A DNA stretch of 64,000 nt from Phoronis australis (taxonomy: Eukaryota > Animalia > Phoronida), in contig NMRA01000048.1 in assembly GCA_002633005.1 (NCBI GenBank), positions 1,225,206 to 1,289,205 on the forward strand, read 5' to 3'. Position 1 is the stretch's first letter. Each line of letters starts with the position of its first letter. Below are positions 27,055-38,452 of this stretch, in pieces. A model generated the notes under the pieces. That model did not search any database and was not told the DNA's origin. It worked only from the letters and a program-made list of their open reading frames with translations. The position numbers and the translations under genes are program-made.

Positions 27055-27586
27055 TGATGTGTTCTAAAGTGGTGTAAATTTGCTGTGTACTTTGAGATTG
27101 TTCCAACTAAGCTAAATGTCTTTTGAAATACAAAGCTATGGAAAATACCACACCCTTTGACAATCTCAAAACACAGTCTTGAAATGTTTTTGATGTGTTC
27201 AGATAGCACGCATGGAGTGCATTGAAGAGGTATTTTTTAATTAAATTTGACTTTCGATATCTTGGCAAAAATCTGTGCTCTTTATTTTTTGTAGGGCTTG
27301 TCATCTTTTTGGCATTGACAAAGTTAAACAATTTTAAACCGGTTTATATTGTTCACAATTTCATTTCACAAAAGTTATACGAATAAAAATGATACAATGT
27401 AAGGGCCTCACATGCGTATTCTGTCCAGACCTGTCCTCTAGTACCATTTAATGGAGTCTGCATTCATTTGCACAATATTCTAGGTAAGTGTGTATGACTT
27501 ATGTAGTTGCTGTGGCTTTGATTATCACAGCACATGATACATGATAGGCATAGCATTTCTGAAATGTGTGTGCTTTTATTTGGCAG

Positions 27587-27777
27587 AATTACACAAACTG
27601 CGCGTGCATCAGCAGTGAGGTGAATGTGGGTGACAGTGGTGTGATCAAACAACGCCTGGCCACCAGTGGGCGCTGCCAGATGAACTGCGAAACACTCATG
27701 CCGTTCATGATTGTGCTATTCTTTATGTGTATGGCGGTCGCTGCCACCCAGACACCATTGTTGATCGTCACAATGAG
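27587..27777 (+). CDS. SLCO5A1: SLCO5A1-like coding exon 7
   Basis: NYTNCACI..ATSGRC..C..LMPFMIVLFF..TQTPLLIVTMR; ggcag| acceptor and AG|gtacgt donor; 191 nt. Confidence 0.93.
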
Positions 27778-28946
27778 GTACGTTCATGATTGTGCTATTC
27801 TTTATGTGTATGGCGGTCGCTGCCACCCAGACACCATTGTTGATCGTCACAATGAGGTACGTTCATGATTGTGCTATTCTTTATGTGTATGGCGGTTGCT
27901 GCCACCCAGACACCATTGTTGATCGTCACAATGAGGTACGTTCATGATTGTGCTATTCTTTATGTGTATGGCGGTTGCTGCCACCCAGACACCATTGTTG
28001 ATCGTCACAATGAGGTACGTTCATGATTGTGCTATTCTTTATGTGTATGGCGGTTGCTGCCACCCAGACACCATTGTTGATCGTCACAATGAGGTACGTT
28101 CATGATTGTGCTATTCTTTATGTGTATGGCGGTTGCTGCCACCCAGACACCATTGTTGATCGTCACAATGAGGTACGTTCATGATTGTGCTATTCTTTAT
28201 GTGTATGGCGGTTGCTGCCACCCAGACACCATTGTTGATCGTCACAATGAGGTACGTTCATGATTGTGCTATTCTTTATGTGTATGGCGGTTGCTGCCAC
28301 CCAGACACCATTGTTGATCGTCACAATGAGGTACGTTCATGATTGTGCTATTCTTTATGTGTATGGCGGTTGCTGCCACCCAGACACCATTGTTGATCGT
28401 CACAATGAGGTACGTTCATGATTGTGCTATTCTTTATGTGTATGGCGGTTGCTGCCACCCAGACACCATTGTTGATCGTCACAATGAGGTACGTTCATGA
28501 TTGTGCTATTCTTTATGTGTATGGCGGTTGCTGCCACCCAGACACCATTGTTGATCGTCACAATGAGGTACGTTCATGATTGTGCTATTCTTTATGTGTA
28601 TGGCGGTTGCTGCCACCCAGACACCATTGTTGATCGTCACAATGAGGTACGTTCATGATTGTGCTATTCTTTATGTGTATGGCGGTTGCTGCCACCCAGA
28701 CACCATTGTTGATCGTCACAATGAGGTACGTTCATGATTGTGCTATTCTTTATGTGTATGGCGGTTGCTGCCACCCAGACACCATTGTTGATCGTCACAA
28801 TGAGGTACGTTCATGATTGTGCTATTCTTTATGTGTATGGCGGTTGCTGCCACCCAGACACCATTGTTGATCGTCACAATGAGGTACGTTCATGATTGTG
28901 CTATTCTTTATGTGTATGGCGGTTGCTGCCACCCAGACACCATTGT
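27702..28946 (+). repeat. 79-bp minisatellite made of the exon 7 3' end plus splice donor, 15 full copies and a partial, cut by an N
   Basis: Units start at 27702, 27781, 27860 ... 28887; every full unit restores ATGAG|GTACGT. Confidence 0.97.
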
Positions 28947-29006
28947 NAAGTTGATTGTGTGATTTTCCGTAAGTTGATCATGTGATTTACTCTCAATCCA
29001 TTGCAG

Positions 29007-29071
29007 GTCGGTGAGTGAAGAGGAGAGAGCCTTTTGTTTAGGAATGCAGTTTGTCATACTGCGGTTTTTAG
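29007..29071 (+). CDS. SLCO5A1: SLCO5A1-like coding exon 8
   Basis: RSVSEEERAFCLGMQFVILRFL; ttgcag| acceptor and G|gtgagt donor; 65 nt; closely resembles the corresponding SLCO5A1 segment as I recall it. Confidence 0.93.
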
Positions 29072-29381
29072 GTGAGTACATAGCACACAGCTGTACTCAG
29101 CTTAGTGAGAGTCTGCAGGCAATGTGCTGTAAAATACACTCATATGATACGTAAACATGTCAAGATTATGGCTTAAATGGTGTCATTTAAGTCTGATATG
29201 TACAGACCTCTGCCTTATATTTATTATATGTAGGTGCATATTTTAAAATGAAAAATAATACATTACTACAGATATAGGCACATAGTGAATACATAAAATG
29301 ATTCCTTTTTAGTATTGTTGGTAGCCTCTGACTTTTCTTTGGATTTCTAAGTAGAAATTTGTGATTGTATTACAACATGGA

Positions 29382-30180
29382 TCATGTTGGGGTGCATGAT
29401 TTTGTGTTAGTCATCCTGGGGTGCGTGATTTTGTCTTAGTCACCCTGGGGTGCGTGATTTTGTCTTTGTCATCCTGGGGTGCATGATTTTGTCTTAGTCA
29501 TCCTGGGGTATGTGATTTTGTCTTAATCATCCTGGGGTGCGTCATTTTGTCTTAGTCATCGGATGACTAAGACAAAATGACGCACCCCAGGATGATCCTG
29601 GGGTGCGTTATTTTGTCTTAGTCATCCTGGGTTTCGTGATTTTGTCTTTGTCATCCTGGGGTGCATGATTTTGTCTTAGTCATCCTTGGGTATGTGATTT
29701 TGTCTTAGTCACCCTGGGGTGCGTGGTTTTGTCTTAGTCATCCTGGGGTGTGCAAATCTGTCCTTGTTATTAACGAGTGCACGGATCTGGCCATTATCAG
29801 GGGGTGTACAGATCTGTCCAAATGATCCTGAGGTGCACGTATCTGTTTTAGTCATCCTGGGGTGCATGTATTTGTCCGAGTCACCCTGTGGTACGTGGAT
29901 CTGTCCAGGTCATCGTGGGGAGCACGTATTTGTTCTGGTCATCCGGAGTGCACATATCTGTCCTCCATCATCCTGGCGCGCACATATCTCTCCTAGTTAT
30001 CCTGGGGTGCACGGATCTGTCCTAGTAAACATGTGATACACAGATCTGTCCAGGTTATCTGGGAGTGCAAGAATCTTTCCAAATGATCCTGGGATGTACA
30101 GGTTTGTCGAAAGTCATCCTGGGGTACGCGGATCTACACAAGTCTCTCTGGTTGCACAAATCTGTTCAAGTCATTCTGGG
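29382..30180. repeat. 29-bp minisatellite with an internal inverted unit and 3' decay
   Basis: GTCATCCTGGGGTGCGTGATTTTGTCTTA units; inverted unit at 29562-29595; progressively divergent after ~29750. Confidence 0.93.
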
Positions 30181-30506
30181 AGTGAGATCACTGGTGTTGT
30201 ACAGGTCTTCTAGTATTTCAAGAGTAAACTCACAACTTCACTAGCATACAGGAGCAAAACACCACAGAAAGTGATCGAATGCCTATGGCAGATTGTTACA
30301 CCCTGAATACTCATCATTTACTTTGCATAATCCAAGATTTTTTGCCTACACTGTCACACGAGTGATTGGCATTAATAAACTTGCTTCCTGCCAACAGCTA
30401 GTGAAATACTCAGTTACCTTGCTTCAGCCTTCATACAAAATCCTGTGTTTCGCCCCTAATCAAAACCTGTAGTCCCTGGTGTCTTTATAACATAACACCA
30501 TTTCTG

Positions 30507-30599
30507 CATTCATGTATATTCCAGCCTACATTCATGTGTATTCCAGTCTACATTCATGTATATTCCAGCCTACATTCATGTATATTCCAGCCTACATTC
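30507..30599 (+). repeat. 22-bp minisatellite spanning the exon 9 splice acceptor (4 copies)
   Basis: CATTCATGTATATTCCAG|CCTA at 30507, 30529, 30551 and 30573. Confidence 0.95.
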
Positions 30600-30719
30600 C
30601 TGCCCCCATATTGTTTGGTGCCATCATTGACCAGACATGTATGTTTTGGAAGAAACAGTGTGGTCGCAACGGCTCGTGTCTTTTGTATGACGTGGAGAAG
30701 TTCCGTTACTACTATATAG
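30591..30719 (+). CDS. SLCO5A1: SLCO5A1-like coding exon 9, copy a
   Basis: AYIPAPILFGAIIDQTCMFWKKQCGRNGSCLLYDVEKFRYYYI; G|gtaagt donor; 129 nt. Confidence 0.85.
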   Translation, partial: PTFLPPYCLVPSLTRHVCFGRNSVVATARVFCMTWRSSVTTI

Positions 30720-30792
30720 GTAAGTAATGAACAACAATATTGAAAGCTGGACATAAGGGCCCTGTTTCACTCATTCTCAAGTCTTATCAANA

Positions 30793-30973
30793 CATTCATG
30801 TATATTCCAGCCTACATTCATGTATATTCCAGCCTACATTCATGTATATTCCGGCCTACATTCATGTACATTCCAGCCTACATTCATGTGTACTCCATCC
30901 TACATTCATGTATATTCCATCCTACATTCATGTGTATTCCAGCCTACATTCATGTATATTCCAGCCTACATTC
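30793..30973 (+). repeat. 22-bp acceptor minisatellite, second version (at least 8 copies, starts at an N)
   Basis: Same unit; some copies have lost the AG (CCGG, CCAT). Confidence 0.93.
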
Positions 30974-31093
30974 CTGCCCCCATATTGTTTGGTGCCATCA
31001 TTGACCAGACATGTATGTTTTGGAAGAAACAGTGTGGTCGCAACGGCTCGTGTCTTTTGTATGACGTGGAGAAGTTCCGTTACTACTATATAG
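30965..31093 (+). CDS. SLCO5A1: SLCO5A1-like coding exon 9, copy b (probably an allelic duplicate)
   Basis: Identical to copy a; follows the N at 30791. Confidence 0.8.
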   Translation, partial: PTFLPPYCLVPSLTRHVCFGRNSVVATARVFCMTWRSSVTTI

Positions 31094-31674
31094 GTAAGTA
31101 ATGAACAACAATATTGAAAGCTGGACATAAGGGCCCTGTTTCACTCATTCTCAAGTCTTATCAATTTGATAAAGCGCCAGGGCTGGGGACAGAGCTTACT
31201 TGCAACCTTGGCCAAAAATACTTCTTGTACGAAGTGTCCGCAGAGTTCTTATTCTGCTACAATGTTTCCTGTTAAATCTCAACTATTAAGGTATACTGTG
31301 GCGCACAAGTGCAATTCAATGTTCTCATGGTTTCATGAAAACTATGTAGCACCAAATGGACATTTTTCCACGCTCAAACTCCATAACAGAGCCACTACCA
31401 GACGATATTTTGAAAATTTATGGCCATACACAACAATGGTAGAAGGATGTTAGAATTGAAAAACGGGCAATTTTGGCAATTATTTTGTCCGACATTGGCT
31501 GTTTCCTGTTTTCAATGTCATACTTGGAACTAACCCTCAAGGCATTAACTAAAGTTTAAACACCTCATTTTTCAGTGAATTGAAAACCGATCTGTAATCC
31601 TTGTACTTACTTGGCCAATAGTTATATGGAAAAACTGTATAGCCACTATCCATTGATATCATGTAGCTGATCTA

Positions 31675-33220
31675 ACATATTCGCCGTAATAACCGCCCAT
31701 GCCCCTATAAGCGCCCCGCCACGTGTTTTCAGACTTTGCTAAGATAAGCGCCCAGTACATGAACGTGTATGTGCGAAAAATGCCTTACCTGCAGTCCTAA
31801 AATTCTACAGTAACGTCTTCGATTTATAAATAATATCCAACAGTCCTGAAAAATATTGTGCGCAGAGTTTGTAGACCACAAGCCTCGCCGCTATGTCGGT
31901 ATTTAGCCGTGACTATAGACTTCAAACTTCCGCCATGCCTCAAAACGAACACAAAAGTTTTGCTGATATTGCGAGGACCAATGGTCTGGCCTTTCAGAAC
32001 AGAAGTAGTGTACTTGTCTACGGGATTGCTTTGTAGATATTTCCCGCTTCCAACAGGAATCCAAATTTCTTTGTAGGCCTACACGTGAAAACCGCGAATC
32101 GAAGAATAATAAAAACTTGGCCAGTGTTAAAAGCACGTGGCCAGGAAGCACGGGCTACATACATGAACCTGTCATCAAAGACACTAGTCGGGAACTATCC
32201 ATTCATGAAACAGGAAGCATAGCATTGGCAAGAAATGAATATTGGCAATAATTTCCAACAGTTTCTAATATTATAAAAAATGTTTGCGTTATTTTTAAGA
32301 TGAATTGTTTAATTAAACGTAATTGGTTTTTTAAGCCAAATATCCTTAAAATGACCACTGACAGTGAATGCTTACACACCCTTACATCGAAAAATAACTG
32401 TCAGATAGTCACGTACGCATCCAGCCACACGGCGACTAATCGTACGTATCCAGCCACACGGCGACTAATATGGCTTTACCGAGACAAATGTCGAACGTTT
32501 TTAGCACATGAGACCGGCAAGTGCTGAATGAAACACGCTCTGGTTTAGGCCTACTGCTTGTGCAAATTTCTTTACATTCAATGCACATCTAGCTCGTTAG
32601 ATTGCCTGGCTCTGGCCAAAAGACGGTATCTGCTCTGGCAAATGAACTCTGGTGACATGCACGCGCTCGCTTACTCACAAACGCAGACAACTTCAAAACA
32701 AACGTCACGTGACAACAACATGTGTGTTCGTCTAGACATTTTTCTCATGTTGCCGATAATACCTGTAGATGGCACGATGTAACACAAATTTGTACTTAAA
32801 ACTGCGGTGATCCCGACTCCACGGGAACTTAAAAGTCTTAGGGACGCTACTTGGAAAACTTAGGAGGATTTCACGTAATTTGCTCGAGTCGAAACTGTAT
32901 TTTTATTCAAGCATTCAAGTCGCCATATGGATGATTGAGAGGCAGGCAGTCGGCGAGTTTTCACCCTGGGATTTCAGCACAATTTTGTGTAAAATGATCG
33001 TAACTTAGCAGCAAAGTTTGATAGCAATGCACCACAGTTTCGTAGAAAGTCTTTCATAGATTACAGATACGTCACAGAGTGTAAATATAATGAATCTTAG
33101 CTTCCGATTTCACCCGTTTCGGAGACCGGGTTTCAACGGCCTTGGGTTAGTATAAGCACAACCCCCCCCCCATGAAACGAACTTTTCTAAGCGCCCTGGG
33201 CGTTTTTACGACATATACAG
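31675..33220 (+). mobile_element. Family B DNA transposon, copy 2 (decayed TIRs)
   Basis: Colinear with 11231-12757 along its whole length; ends TA-ACATATTCGCCGTAATAACCGCCC and TTACGACATATACAG-TA. Confidence 0.88.
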
Positions 33221-34009
33221 TAAGTGCCTGTTGTGTGTTCAGAAAACTTACACTAGGAATGATTCAACAGAAAGGAAGTACTGACAGAAATAATTCAAAT
33301 CGGCAAATGTTAATTAAAAGGGGTTGGCTTCTGAAACTAAATTCCTTGTAGAAATTGAGTCCAGAACATTGATAAAAGTAGTTTTACTGGGTTGCAGTAA
33401 CTCCTTAAATTGTGTTTAGATGATTGGTGTGTATGTTGTGACAGCTGAAAGAAGGCTGTTGGCGTAAGGAAACTGATGTCAACTGGCAGTAACCCCCAGT
33501 AAACTCACAAAACAGGATACACATGCAGTGTACAATGTCATGAGTATTTAAAAACAGGTCTTGCCATGTTGTTTTCCAATTTCCACAGTTATGAGAGTAT
33601 AACATTTAAAAAGTCTTGGAGAGCCTTTTCAGGAAATTTACTGAACTTGGGAGTCACAAAGTACGGTCGTTTGATTCAAAGCCAATTCAGTATGTGATGT
33701 ATGCAAAAAAATGCTAATATCTATAACAACGTTAATCATCCTTTCACTTGGCACAAAAATAATTGCCAAAGTTGTAATTTTTCTAGATTTCAAAAGCTGA
33801 CTATCTTGTTGCAAAGAATGTATATTTGACTGAATGCTATTTCACAATTTCCTTGCACTGCAAACCATCAATGACATTTTAAAAAATGTCATTGATTTTT
33901 TCTATTAAGAAATTTGACCAAATAGAATCTCACTTGCTGGCCCTTTTGTGTGCTAATTAAGTGGAGACTCACTGTAACAAGTATTCAGGTAGCTATGTTC
34001 TGTTTTCAG

Positions 34010-34110
34010 GCACGTGTGCTGGTTATAAGGTATTAGGTGCGATGTTCTTCATCATCGTTTGGCTCGTCCTTCGATATCAGAAGAAGACGAAAGCGGAGTT
34101 CGATGTTCAT
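34010..34110 (+). CDS. SLCO5A1: SLCO5A1-like coding exon 10 (last TM helix)
   Basis: GTCAGYKVLGAMFFIIVWLVLRYQKKTKAEFDVH; ttttcag| acceptor and |gtgagt donor; phases match neighbours; 101 nt. Confidence 0.88.
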
Positions 34111-35718
34111 GTGAGTACCGCATAGCTCTTTATATTTGCTGCATTACAAGGTCTAACGGTTCTTGGGAAATGGCTCATCATAAACTCACTCAACATTCAA
34201 TAGTAATTGGCTGTAGGCAAGTCTTGCTGTTGGTCGTCTTTTTTTAGCTCTTTTCCTTTGTCAATCTCCATGAAATCTTTTTGGGTTGAATCAAGCTTTA
34301 TTTTGCATTTTTCCTTCATTAAAGATTTTTAAGGTAATTTTGTCAACCTCTGTGAAGTCAGGTTTAAGCAAGCAATTTTTCAAATGTCCATTTTATTTGT
34401 CAACTAGTTTTTGATTTTCCATCAAACAATGAATGGTGTTACCAGGCATCAAAGTTCTCTTTGAAAGCAATACCCAAAGGCTGCATTTTTATTCCCTGTA
34501 TCTTCATTGTTTGGAAATAAATAAGTATCTGTGACATGATCCTTTTGAAAGCCATCTTCAGCAACTCGCATATTAGCTGCATTAATAACGTATTTCAAGA
34601 CTTGTCAAGTGTAGCAAAGAGCAATAAAGAAATAATTTTATACAATATGTGAATATAGCAATTTTGAAGAAAGTCTGCTATGGTGGACAGATATGTTAAT
34701 ACTCGAGTTTGTTGTATGTGAGTACAGGTTTCCGTAAAATAGACGTCTTGATTTTCCGTTTTCAAAAAGAGAGCAATCTGTTGTGGCAAACACGAGAGTT
34801 AGTTTTCTTCCGTTTTGTAAATTAGAAAATTCCATTTTAATATTTCAAGGTTATAGCATTGCCTTGTTTTTGTTCTTTTACCAGTAACTTGCTACAACCA
34901 TGTTTATAGTTTTTCAAAACCGGAAAAATACGCCACCTTCAGAAAAAGTACTTGTTTGTCCTCTTCAAGATGATAAATGATCGATTTGTGGTCAGAATAG
35001 TGGAATTTGGTGGAGTGTATTTTTACTTTTAGGCAATTAAAAACATAAATATCAGAATTATGGTATCTACTACTGAATTGTATGAATTCCATTCAAAACC
35101 TTTACTTTCATGAAACAAGTCAGATTCCACAAATTCCATGCCTTTTCTGTTATTGTGGAAAATCAGGATTTTTAATAAAACATTGGAACATTGGCACAAA
35201 CTCACGTTAAAAAAGGAATTTATAACCTGTTTGTGGATTACTCACTCAAAAATACAAAACTGCCTATGCAACATAAATCCACGCTATTTACCTATAGATC
35301 TTATAAGTGCGGTGTTTAATTTTAGCAGGTGAAAAATACGCCAGCTTTTCCGAAAGATGTCTGCATCCCAACTAGGTATCAGTGTAGAACGGGAAGCTCA
35401 CTGAAGGTGCCTATTTTAGTAACGTCATGTTCTTAACAACGCCTGTGTAGTACTCGTACTGAATGCGCTTTTGTGGGCGGTTGGTTATTGCATGTTACAG
35501 TTCTTGATATGCATGTGACAACATGAATGCTCAGAAAGACCAATCCAATCAATGCATGATTGCCAGGGCTCGTCATTTTGTTACTATGCAAGAAATTTCC
35601 TACGGAAAGGCACAAAATACATGTTCATGGCGATTTTTTGTGTTCCAGTGCTCCAAGCTAAAAAACATCCTATTGGCTGGTGGAGCTCATTAAAAGTGAA
35701 ATTGTTATAGTAGCTCTC

Positions 35719-35910
35719 CCTAAACATAAAGGATACCGTTATAGTTTTGTTAGGATACTCTTGCACCATCTGACAGATGGCGTGCCTGAAGGGTCTAGCC
35801 GAAAACTGATTCGACTCGTGTCCTCTGTCTGCACGCCATATACCAGTCAGATTGCGATCCAAGTCATGGAGTCTTCTGATGAAACTGTCAAAGTATCCTT
35901 TATGTTCAGG
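35719..35910. mobile_element. Possible small MITE
   Basis: Inverted repeat CCT(A/G)AACATAAAGGATAC at both ends, extending imperfectly to ~30 bp; no target-site duplication found. Confidence 0.5.
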
Positions 35911-37009
35911 CCGTGATATTAATTTTTTTTTCATTTTTAAAGTTAAATACTATAGTTATTGAATGAGATCTCTCATTATTTAAATGTCCTGCATAACTTT
36001 AACGAAAAATACTTACTGCTTTGAGTAGGTTTCTGTTGGTTCACAACCTGCCGTACTCCATTGGCTATAGTTATGAGGTCATTTCTCTCAAATAAGCGAT
36101 TAGTTGTAGCTGTGCCCTGAACATGATGTGCTTGTACTTGGGTTGGTAACCAACATTTAAGCTGCAAAACACAGTTACTCCACCTTGTGTTTAATAAGGA
36201 AACCACCATATTCCCTAACAAGCTAACAACTATGTAAAAGTTCTCATTTTTGGCAACACCAGCAAAATATTTTTTGCCTGGTTCCTCAGTTTTTTGCCAG
36301 TTTCTGATGAAAGTTGTGCTGGGGCTTTTAAACATCAGTACAATTTTTGTCCGGTTTTCTTTCATTGCTGTCTTCTACTAATCGTCTTGCGTTGATGCAA
36401 GCTACCGAATCTTTTTTTTTTTTGACATTAATGACTTGTCGTAATTGCAATCTAAAAATTAAGATTATTTTCCAATTGGTGTAGGGAGCTGTTCTCAATT
36501 ATGGCCATGTTCATAAGTATCCATGTTCACTTCAGAAATGTCGGCAGGAAGGGTTGCTGCCGATGCTTACTTTGCCATTTAAAAATTTTGATGCGAAGAC
36601 AAATTTTACGCTTTATTTATTGCTTTTTCATTCCATTCAAAATGTACCAATAGAACCAGCAGCCTTCAAATTGTCATGATTCTTCTGACAGCATGTCCCA
36701 CTACTTTTAACTTCACAACTCAGTTTGACAGACAGCGAATTATGTAATAAAATTTGTCCCTTCACCTTTGTTGTTTTTAACTTGAAAAATGTCAACAGTT
36801 TTGTACACTTTCGGGTTAGCTCAGGAAAGTGACAATAACAATAACAATAATTTCATGTACAAATTGTAGAACTTTTTGGTCAATCAAAATGTTATCGAAA
36901 AATTTGTAATTAATTATCTTTCCTAATTTGTGAAAGTTTTCCTTTGTCCTTCTCATACCTCCACATGTTTACATGTGGGTGCATATTGCCGTCATCTCTG
37001 TCTGGGCGT

Positions 37010-38062
37010 CCGGCGCCTGGCTTCTGTACCTGTATCTCCTAAATCACTCGCAGGATCTTGATGAGATTTGGCAGATGTGTTCCTAGGAAGCTAACGACCG
37101 ATGACGACGAATTTCGAACCTATCCGAGTACAGGTGTGTTCCCTAGTGGCAATCTTCAGAGGTCCTTAACAGACTTTCATAAAATTTTGCAGTTAGGCAT
37201 CTATCACTGATTTGACGCTATCCTCCTGTTTGAGGGATTTTGCACCACCTAGTGGCCATCTTTACTGTTTTCGAGTCAGTTTTTTTGCATCTGCCCCTCT
37301 GTCAACCAAACCACTCTAGGGATGATTGTGAAAATTGGCATATGTATTCCTACTGTGAAGAAGACAGTTGATGATGATTTTCCGATGACTTCGAATGCTG
37401 TGGTGCCTCCTAGTGACAATTTTGTTTGTTTTTGCGCCCATTGCTGTATCTTCTAAAGGCTCTACAGGATCTTTATTAAATTTAGCAACTGTACTTATAT
37501 AAAGTTGACAACAAACGGCGACGACTTTCAGACGAATCCGACAAACGCTGTGCCCCCTTGTAGCAATTTAATTTATTTCGGTTTTCCTCTTTTTTCTCTA
37601 ACTGAAGCTCCGTCACGGATTTTTATGAAATTTGGTAAATAGCTTTCTATTGAAACAATAAAATGTTCCTGTTTTCAGATGGATTTGACCTATTTTGTGC
37701 CATCTATTGGCCATTTTTACTATTCTTAGTCTGTTTTTATATTTCTCCCCCTCTATCAACCAAATCACTCTAAGTATTATTGTGAAAATTGGCATATGTG
37801 TTCTCAGTGTGAAGAGGACGGTTGGCGATGATTTTCTGATAACTTCGAATACTGTGGCGGCTACTATAGGCAGTTATGGTTCTGTTGTGCCTATAGCCCC
37901 CCTAGTGGCAATTGCATTGTTTTTCCAGCATCCTCTGTTTCTCTGAAGCTACTGACAGTTTTTTATGATATTTGGTAATATAGCTTTGTATTAAAGAAGC
38001 GATGACAAGTTTCCGTTTTCAGATGGATTAGATTTATTTTGGATCATGTAGTGGCCATTTCT
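37010..38062. repeat. Degenerate tandem repeat (~110-160 bp subunits), each ending in a CC(C/A)CTAGTGG-like motif
   Basis: 37315-37410 aligns with 37767-37860, and 37605-37720 with 37945-38060; recurrent ATGAAATTTGG and CTAGTGGC. Confidence 0.75.
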
Positions 38063-38263
38063 GTGATACAAATAAACACCCTTAGAAGCACACCATTTGC
38101 GGTGCCTTCGTGGGCGCATTTCAATGCTCTGTGTTGCTCTTATTTCTAGAATTGGTCATATATTATGTGAATTTGTATTTATAAACAGTGGGAAAATTTG
38201 TTTACATCCTGTTTCCATTCAAGCTGTTTGTTCGTGCTTATCTGTTGTCTCTGAATATTCCAG

Positions 38264-38452
38264 GTAGTTTCTAGCGATAGTACACCCACCGTAGCAACAG
38301 TGGAGTCAATATCTGCTGTGTTCTCACAAAGGGAGTCCTCGACTGCATCTTTCATGACCGAGTCGACCGATTTCCCGCACTCGGAAGCATCTGAGACCAA
38401 GGAGCAAACAGAGCAGAACCAACCCCAAGCAACTGCTATGTCTGTTCTATGA
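38264..38452 (+). CDS. SLCO5A1: SLCO5A1-like terminal coding exon 11 (cytoplasmic tail)
   Basis: ttccag| acceptor in phase 0; 62 open codons, S/T/E-rich, ending MSVL-TGA; AATAAA downstream at ~38632. No family motif, so inferred from phase and composition. Confidence 0.7.
   Translation, partial: VVSSDSTPTVATVESISAVFSQRESSTASFMTESTDFPHSEASETKEQTEQNQPQATAMSVL

Noticed and set aside
27702-28946. Regular repeat array as a possible CRISPR
   Set aside because: Head-to-tail identical units with no unique spacers, derived from an exon, in eukaryotic DNA with no cas genes.
30591-31164. True tandem duplication of exon 9
   Set aside because: Identical exon and flank are joined exactly at the N at 30791, which fits contig overlap or alleles better.
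35584-36365. Two minus-strand ORFs of 116 and 129 aa in an SLCO intron
   Set aside because: No recognisable domain or splice logic; one overlaps the small inverted-repeat element.
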